Origin: Candidatus Fervidifonticultor secundus
Lineage (GTDB): Bacteria > Sysuimicrobiota > Sysuimicrobiia > Sysuimicrobiales > Humicultoraceae
NCBI GenBank assembly: GCA_031459385.1
Contig: JAVKIP010000013.1
Location: forward strand, 19,353 to 83,352
Direction: 5' to 3'
DNA length: 64,000 nt
The notes below the pieces were generated by a model, which did no database searches, was not told the origin of the DNA, and saw only the letters and a program-made list of their open reading frames with translations. Of the stretch, positions 57,481 to 64,000 are shown piece by piece (the first letter of the stretch is position 1; every line of letters starts with the position of its first letter). The translations under genes were made by a program, and so were the position numbers.

Positions 57481-58251
57481 GTGACGTCCCTGCCCCTGCG
57501 CCTCCCCGAGTGCACCTGGACCGAGGCCCGGGAGCGCCTGCAGAGCGCTTCCGTGGCGATCCTGCCCGTGGGGGCGCAGGAGGCGCACGGTCCCCACCTG
57601 CCCACGTCGACGGACGTCATCATCGCGGAAGAGATGGCTACCCGCGGCGCGGCGGAGTTGCGCCGGCGCGGCGTCGAGGCCGTGGTGCTGGCCGCGCTGG
57701 ACTACGTGGTCACCTATGCCGGCGCGCCGTTTCCAGGCACCATCGGTATCACGCCACCCACACTGCAGGCCCTGGTGGTGGACATCGGGCGCAGCCTCGA
57801 GCGCCAGGGCGTGCGGCTCCTGCTGATGGCGAGCGCGCACCTGGAGCAGATCCACCTGGACACGCTGCGCCACGCGGCCCTGGCGCTTGCCCGCGAGACC
57901 GCGCTGCGCGCGGCCGTCCTGGACATCCGCGAGCCCCAGTGGGCCGCGCGCCTGTCGGAGGAGTTCCGCCGGGGCGCACGCCACGCCGGGTCGTATGAGA
58001 CGTCGCTGGTCTGGGCGGTGCGGCCAGACCTAGTCCGGATGGACGTCGCGCGCGGCCTGCAGCCGGTCTGGGTGGACCTCCCGGCCGCTCTTCGGGCCGG
58101 CGCCCGGTCGTTCGCCGAGGCGGGCTCGCCCATGGCCTACTTCGGGGATCCGGCCCGGTCCTCGCGCGAGGAGGGCGAAGCGCTCTATGCGGCGCTGGCA
58201 ACCATCGTTGCCGACGCGGTGGAGGCGCTGATAGGGCCGGATGTGGCCTGA
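57481..58251 (+). CDS. creatininase/creatinine amidohydrolase family protein
   Basis: LPVGAQEAHGPHLPTSTD, FPGTI, SAH, HAGSYETS, GDP. Confidence 0.9.
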   Translation: MTSLPLRLPECTWTEARERLQSASVAILPVGAQEAHGPHLPTSTDVIIAEEMATRGAAELRRRGVEAVVLAALDYVVTYAGAPFPGTIGITPPTLQALVVDIGRSLERQGVRLLLMASAHLEQIHLDTLRHAALALARETALRAAVLDIREPQWAARLSEEFRRGARHAGSYETSLVWAVRPDLVRMDVARGLQPVWVDLPAALRAGARSFAEAGSPMAYFGDPARSSREEGEALYAALATIVADAVEALIGPDVA

Positions 58252-58305
58252 CGTCTGATCTGAGAGGTCTAACGAGACTATACGATGGGCACAAGTTAGA
58301 CAAGA

Positions 58306-58388
58306 GCCTCCGATAAGGGCATACCTGCCGCGAGGCAGGGACGCAAAGCCACAGGACCCCTCGGGGTCAGCTGGGTTGCCGAAGAGGA
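58306..58388 (+). ncRNA. c-di-GMP-I (GEMM) riboswitch
   Basis: AAGGGCATA-CCTGCC-GCGA-GGCAGG-GACGCAAAGC...GTCAGCTGGGTTGCCG: P2 capped by a GNRA loop, the conserved GACGCAAAGC junction, P3, and P1 CCTC/GAGG. Located upstream of GGDEF genes. Confidence 0.88.
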
Positions 58389-58448
58389 TTTCGCGGTCGA
58401 CGATCGCGGAGGACTCCTCGTGCTGCCGTGCGGGGGCCGGTCCGGTCT

Positions 58449-58490
58449 GACGCGGAATCCTCGATGCAGGATTCCGCGTCGTGCCTTTTT
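58449..58490 (+). terminator. terminator-like hairpin, expression platform of the c-di-GMP riboswitch
   Basis: GACGCGGAATCCT-CGATGC-AGGATTCCGCGTC (13-bp stem), then GTGCC-TTTTT. Confidence 0.6.
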
Positions 58491-58523
58491 CGCGGCTGAC
58501 GGTCTGGACACGAGGAGCAATCG

Positions 58524-59711
<1,188 letters not shown>

Positions 59712-59770
59712 GTCTGAGAGGCCGTGCTGGTGGGCACAACCAGACCAGTATCGCCGGCCCAAGCACCCAT

Positions 59771-60853
59771 ATGCCACTGCGCGCTCAAAACACCCCCGAG
59801 CACACCCCTGCCGAACCGTCCGGGGTGCCTGCGGAGCTCCACCTCCGCGTCCGGAGCTCCGCCCTGCGCCTCCGGGTCGGCTCCCGGGCCGGCCGAGTAC
59901 TCGTCGTCGACGACGATGCCTGGGTGCGCAACACCCTGCGCAAGCTCGAGCAGTTCGGGGCCCAGGTCGAGGTACTGGAGGGCCCCGAGGGCCTCCTGGA
60001 GGTCGCGCGGCAACACCGGCCCGACGTCATCATCATCGATGGCGCGATCCCCGACGCGTCGAACCTCATCAAACACCTGGGCGCCGATCCGGTGACGCAC
60101 CCCATCCCGGTCCTCGTGCTGCTCGACCGCAACGACGTCGAGGGGCGGGTGCGGGCGCTGGAGGACGGGGCCTTCGACTGTCTGACGACCCCTTTCCACC
60201 CGCCGGAGGTCCTGGCGCGCGTCGAGAAGGTCCTGCACGTCAAGGGCCGGGAGGATGCGCTGCGCCGGCGCATCACCTTCCTCGAGGAGCTGGCCACCTC
60301 CGACCCGCTGACCAGCCTGCTCAACCGCCGCGCTCTGGAGGAGCGCCTCTACTTGGAGATGGAGCGCGCGCGCCGCAGCGGGCACCCGCTCTCGTGCCTG
60401 ATCCTGGACATCGACTGGTTCAAGGACATCAACGACCGCTACGGCCACAAGGTCGGCGACGACGTCATCCGTCAGCTGGCCAAGGTGGTGCTGGAGCGCA
60501 AGCGGGACCGCGACGTGGTGTGCCGCTACGGCGGCGAGGAGTTCGTCTGGCTACTCCCCGGCATCGACAAGGGACTCGCGGTGGAGATGGCCGACCTGCT
60601 CCGCCGGGCGGTCCATGAGATCGACATCCCCACGGGCGAGGGCTCGTTCAACATCACCATCAGCGTGGGTGTCTCGACCTACCAGTGGAAGGAGCACGGC
60701 CGCCAGTCGGCCGAGGCCCTGCTGGAGCGGGCAGACCAGGCCCTCTACCAGGCCAAGGAACAGGGGAAGAACCGCGTCGTCTACCTCGACCCGTCCGTTG
60801 AACACCCGCTCGAGGAAGCCGCGCCGGGGCAGAACGCGGTGGACCTGGTCTAG
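59771..60853 (+). CDS. REC-GGDEF diguanylate cyclase (PleD/WspR-like)
   Basis: VLVVDDD, IIID; DPLT.LLNRR, DIDWFKDINDRYGHKVGD, RxxD I-site (RDRD), RYGGEEF. Start uncertain. Confidence 0.93.
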   Translation: MPLRAQNTPEHTPAEPSGVPAELHLRVRSSALRLRVGSRAGRVLVVDDDAWVRNTLRKLEQFGAQVEVLEGPEGLLEVARQHRPDVIIIDGAIPDASNLIKHLGADPVTHPIPVLVLLDRNDVEGRVRALEDGAFDCLTTPFHPPEVLARVEKVLHVKGREDALRRRITFLEELATSDPLTSLLNRRALEERLYLEMERARRSGHPLSCLILDIDWFKDINDRYGHKVGDDVIRQLAKVVLERKRDRDVVCRYGGEEFVWLLPGIDKGLAVEMADLLRRAVHEIDIPTGEGSFNITISVGVSTYQWKEHGRQSAEALLERADQALYQAKEQGKNRVVYLDPSVEHPLEEAAPGQNAVDLV

Positions 60854-60982
60854 ATGCCCCGGCTCTTCCTGTAGCCTTCCGCGCGGAGATGTCCGCCTGA
60901 GCAGGGGAACTGTGGGAGAGTGCGAATGTCCCCGGAGCCGGGATCGAACTTCTCAGCAGGCGCTGCGCAGGCCGGGCCCTCC

Positions 60983-62263
60983 ATGAGAACCGTGGGGCAG
61001 ATCATGTCCACGAACGTGGTGACCGTCGAGGCCACGCGAACCGCGGGGGAGGCTGCGGCCATCATGCTGGAGCGCGACGTCACGGTGCTGCCCGTGGTCG
61101 ATGGCGGGCGGCTCGTGGGCCTGGTGACCATGCGCGACCTGCTCCGTACGCCGCCCTACCGCCCGCTGGAGGAGGTGATGCGGCGAGACGTGCACATGGT
61201 CTCGCCCGATGCTTCGGTGACCAGCGTCTACGCGGCGATGGAGAGCCACGGCGTCTCCTACCTGCCGGTGGTCCAGGCGCACCGCGTGGTCGGCCTCGTG
61301 AGCCGCGAGGATGCGATCCGGGCCCTCGGCCTCCCCATCGACCCCCTGACCGAGCTGCCCTGGGCGGTCACGCTGCGCGAGCGGGCAGTGGAGGCGCTCA
61401 AAGACGGCCGGGAGATCGCCATCCTCTTCTTCGATCTCGACGACTTCGGCGTGGTGAACAAGCGCTTCGGGCATGTGACCGGCGATCGCTGCATCAAGGC
61501 CGTAGCTCAGGCGCTGGCCGCGACGATCGACTCTGCCCGCGACTTCCTCTGTCGGTACGCGGGCGACGAGTTCGCGGTGCTCACGACGCGGCCGCGCGCC
61601 GAGGCCGAGGCGTTGGGGCGCCGCGCGCTGGAGGCGATCGCCGCGGTGCGGCCGGAGGGCATTCCCCAGGACGTCCGGCTGACCGCCTCCCTGGGCATCG
61701 CGGGCGGCAAGCGCACCACGGAGCGCCAGGACATCCACTTCCAGGCCACCGTAGACGACCTGATCACCCTGGCCAGCCGCCACAGCACCCAGGCCAAGGC
61801 CCTCAAAGAGAAGACGGCGCCGGCCGCCGCGCTGCCCGCGGGGGCGCCCCGCCTGCAGCTGCGCCGCGTGGCGCTGGAAGCCGGCCCCGAAGAGACCACG
61901 GCCACCGTCGAGCTCGCGCTGGGCGAGCGGCGCTACGTCGGTGTGATCGCCGGGGCCAACGTCGGGCTGGCCGGCTGGCGCCAGCTGGCCGACGCGACGG
62001 TCCAGGCGGTGAACCACGCGCTGTCCGACGGCTGGAAGGTGGTGCTGGACGATGTCAGGCTCATCGGGCCGCCGATCGAGACCCTGGTGGTCGTGACCGT
62101 CTACCTGGGCAGGGCCACGGCACCGCCCGAACGCCACACCGGCAGCACCCGGGTCGCTGCCGGGGACGTCGGGACGGCCGTCGTCGGTGCCACCCTGGAC
62201 GCCCTGAACCGCCGTCTCGGCCTGCTCCTCGCGAGCGCCCATCGCACCGCGCCCCCTCGGTGA
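60983..62263 (+). CDS. CBS-pair / GGDEF (AGDEF variant) protein with extra C-terminal domain
   Basis: Two CBS repeats (LPVVDGGRLVGLVT, LPVVQ..VVGLVS); DPLT, DLDDF..VN..FGH..GD, RYAGDEF. Start 60983 or 60920/60926. Confidence 0.88.
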   Translation: MRTVGQIMSTNVVTVEATRTAGEAAAIMLERDVTVLPVVDGGRLVGLVTMRDLLRTPPYRPLEEVMRRDVHMVSPDASVTSVYAAMESHGVSYLPVVQAHRVVGLVSREDAIRALGLPIDPLTELPWAVTLRERAVEALKDGREIAILFFDLDDFGVVNKRFGHVTGDRCIKAVAQALAATIDSARDFLCRYAGDEFAVLTTRPRAEAEALGRRALEAIAAVRPEGIPQDVRLTASLGIAGGKRTTERQDIHFQATVDDLITLASRHSTQAKALKEKTAPAAALPAGAPRLQLRRVALEAGPEETTATVELALGERRYVGVIAGANVGLAGWRQLADATVQAVNHALSDGWKVVLDDVRLIGPPIETLVVVTVYLGRATAPPERHTGSTRVAAGDVGTAVVGATLDALNRRLGLLLASAHRTAPPR

Positions 62264-63120
62264 ACGACGGCTCCACCCTGCGGGTCACCGTGCTGGGGCT
62301 TGGCCTGATGGGCCGCCCCATGGCGCGCCGGCTGGCGCAGGCCGGGTTCGACGTGCGTGGCTGGAACCGCTCGCCGCTCGCCCCCGACCTCGTCGCCGGC
62401 ATCCGGCGGTGCGCGACGCTGGCGGAGGCCGCTGACGCCGACGTCTGCCTCCTCATGCTCGCCGACTCGGCCGCGACCGACGCCGTGCTCGAGCGTCTCG
62501 ACCCGCACCTGCGCGCCGGCCAGCTCGTCCTCGACATGGGCTCTTCCGATCCGACCCACTCGGTCGCGCACGCGGCGCGCCTCGCGGCGCGGGGCATCGG
62601 TTGGGTGGACGCCCCGGTCTCCGGCGGCCCGGAAGGGGCGCGGACCGGCACGCTCGCCATCATGGTCGGCGGGGAGGCGGCCGACGTGGCCCGCGTCCGA
62701 CCCGTGCTCGAGGCCCTGGGCGGGAACGTCGTGCACGTCGGCGGTCCCGGCAGCGGCCACACCACCAAAGTGATCAACCAGGTGATCGTCGCGCTGACGA
62801 TCGAGGCCGTGGCCGAGGCCCTGACCCTGGCCGAGCGGTGCGGACTCGACCCGCGGCGGGTGCAGGAGGCGCTGCGCGGCGGCTTCGCCGACTCGAAGGT
62901 CCTGCAGATCCACGGGACCCGGATGATCGCCCGCGACTACACGCCCGGCGGGCGCGCGGCGCTGCAGCTCAAGGACCTGCGCATGGCGCAGGCCCTGGCC
63001 CGGCAGGCCGGTCTGGTCCTACCCCACCTCGAGAGCGCCGTCGCCCGCTACGAGCAGGTGGTGGCCCGGGGCGACGGCAACCTGGACCACTCGGTCGTGC
63101 ACAGGCTGCTGTGGGTGTGA
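62260..63120 (+). CDS. beta-hydroxyacid dehydrogenase (2-hydroxy-3-oxopropionate reductase-like)
   Basis: GLGLMG, DAPVSGG, TKVINQ, GGFADS, KDL. GTGA overlap with the upstream gene. Confidence 0.92.
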   Translation: MNDGSTLRVTVLGLGLMGRPMARRLAQAGFDVRGWNRSPLAPDLVAGIRRCATLAEAADADVCLLMLADSAATDAVLERLDPHLRAGQLVLDMGSSDPTHSVAHAARLAARGIGWVDAPVSGGPEGARTGTLAIMVGGEAADVARVRPVLEALGGNVVHVGGPGSGHTTKVINQVIVALTIEAVAEALTLAERCGLDPRRVQEALRGGFADSKVLQIHGTRMIARDYTPGGRAALQLKDLRMAQALARQAGLVLPHLESAVARYEQVVARGDGNLDHSVVHRLLWV

Positions 63121-63192
63121 GATGCGCCGCGCCGCACGCAGACGCGGCCCGGCACACCGGCGTCGGCGCGGAAGGAGCAGCGGGGCCGACCC

Positions 63193-63744
63193 TCAGCGGA
63201 GCTGCCAGACCCCGTTCAACCGCTCCAGCAGCTTCTCAGGCGTCGCCTCGATCAGGATCACCTGACGGTATTCGGGCCGCACGAACCGCTCGGCCACCGC
63301 GTGGTCGATGAACTGTACCAGCGGGTCGTAGTAGCCCGCCGTGTTCAGCAGCCCTACTGGCTTGTGGTGCAGGCCCAGCGTTGCCCACGCCACGACCTCG
63401 AAGAGCTCCTCCAGCGTGCCGAAGCCACCAGGCAGCGCCATGAAGGCATCGCCCAGCTGCATCATCAGGGCCTTGCGCTCGTGCATCGACGCCACCATGT
63501 GGACCTGCGTCAGGTCGGGGAACGACAGCTCGCGCTCCACCAGCAGCCTGGGGATAATCCCGACCACCTCGCCCCCCGCCGCTCGCACCGTGTGCGCCAG
63601 CTCGCGCATCAGGCCCACGTTGGAGCCACCGTAGACCAGCGTGAGCCCGCGCTCCACCAGCGCCCGCCCCAGCCGCCGGGCGGCGTCGAGGTAGTCGGGC
63701 CGCGCGCCGTGGTTCGAGCCGCAGAAGACGGTCACGCGCTTCAT
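63193..63744 (-). CDS. LOG family nucleotide monophosphate phosphoribohydrolase (TIGR00730-type)
   Basis: VFCGS, LVYGG..GLM, MHERK, PGGFGTLEE, KPVGLLN. Confidence 0.94.
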   Translation of the reverse strand: MKRVTVFCGSNHGARPDYLDAARRLGRALVERGLTLVYGGSNVGLMRELAHTVRAAGGEVVGIIPRLLVERELSFPDLTQVHMVASMHERKALMMQLGDAFMALPGGFGTLEELFEVVAWATLGLHHKPVGLLNTAGYYDPLVQFIDHAVAERFVRPEYRQVILIEATPEKLLERLNGVWQLR

Positions 63745-64000
63745 GTAGCGGAAGGTTCGCCGCCGGCGGGGCCCGCCCCCTCGGGTTTGCCGCCCGCGAC
63801 GTGTCCGCCCCCGGCGACCTCCCCGCCGCCTGCGGCGAAAGCAGCCCAGGCGGCCGAACGCTGTGACGCGTCGGCCGGCTCGTGGTCGAGGCACTCGATG
63901 CGGAGCTCGCGGTCTCCGAACGGCGCGTCGACGAAGGCGCAGTGGTGGGGACGCGCAAGGTCCGGGTGCACATGGGGCCGGAAGAAGCGGCAGGTCACGC
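63741..64000 (-). CDS. C-terminal Cys/His-rich part of a gene entering from the right edge (probably a MarR-type regulator)
   Basis: VTCRFFRPHVH...PHHCAFVDAPFGDRELRIECLDHE. The stop overlaps the LOG start (ATGA). The MarR assignment is from recalled family resemblance; the HTH is outside the window. Confidence 0.55.
   Translation of the reverse strand, partial: VTCRFFRPHVHPDLARPHHCAFVDAPFGDRELRIECLDHEPADASQRSAAWAAFAAGGGEVAGGGHVAGGKPEGAGPAGGEPSAT

Noticed and set aside
59771..62263. Hypr-type cGAMP-synthesising GGDEF
   Set aside because: Both domains keep Asp at the PleD D344-equivalent position, and the riboswitch has G20.

Overview
GC-rich bacterial chromosomal window with about 60 genes and no rRNA or CRISPR array. 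From left to right: a TetR-headed classical menaquinone operon (tetR-menF-menD-menB-menA-menE, running off the left edge) with a perfect 22-bp operator-like palindrome; an inositol monophosphatase; an orphan PD-(D/E)xK nuclease-like gene; a DUF1800/DUF1501 pair; a GNAT / histidine-phosphatase-like / dehydratase / UroD-like / peptide-ABC run; a copper locus (two-domain multicopper oxidase fused to a cupredoxin, plus SCO); a GntR-headed peptide-ABC operon; a TPP-riboswitch-controlled CytX-like transporter; two TAXI-TRAP systems; tRNA-Ser(GCT) and an unusual tRNA-Arg(GCG) followed by a decayed tyrosine integrase; a LAL-LuxR/DUF4242 module; a SorC-headed sugar-ABC/MBL-hydrolase/GpsA-like cluster; and a Liv-type ABC plus nitrilase-family operon. 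The strongest finding is near the right end: a c-di-GMP-I (GEMM) riboswitch with a readable terminator/antiterminator switch, upstream of a PAS histidine kinase and two GGDEF proteins, which suggests an RNA-level c-di-GMP negative-feedback circuit. All calls come from reading motifs by eye. No database search or folding program was run, and several start codons are best guesses.
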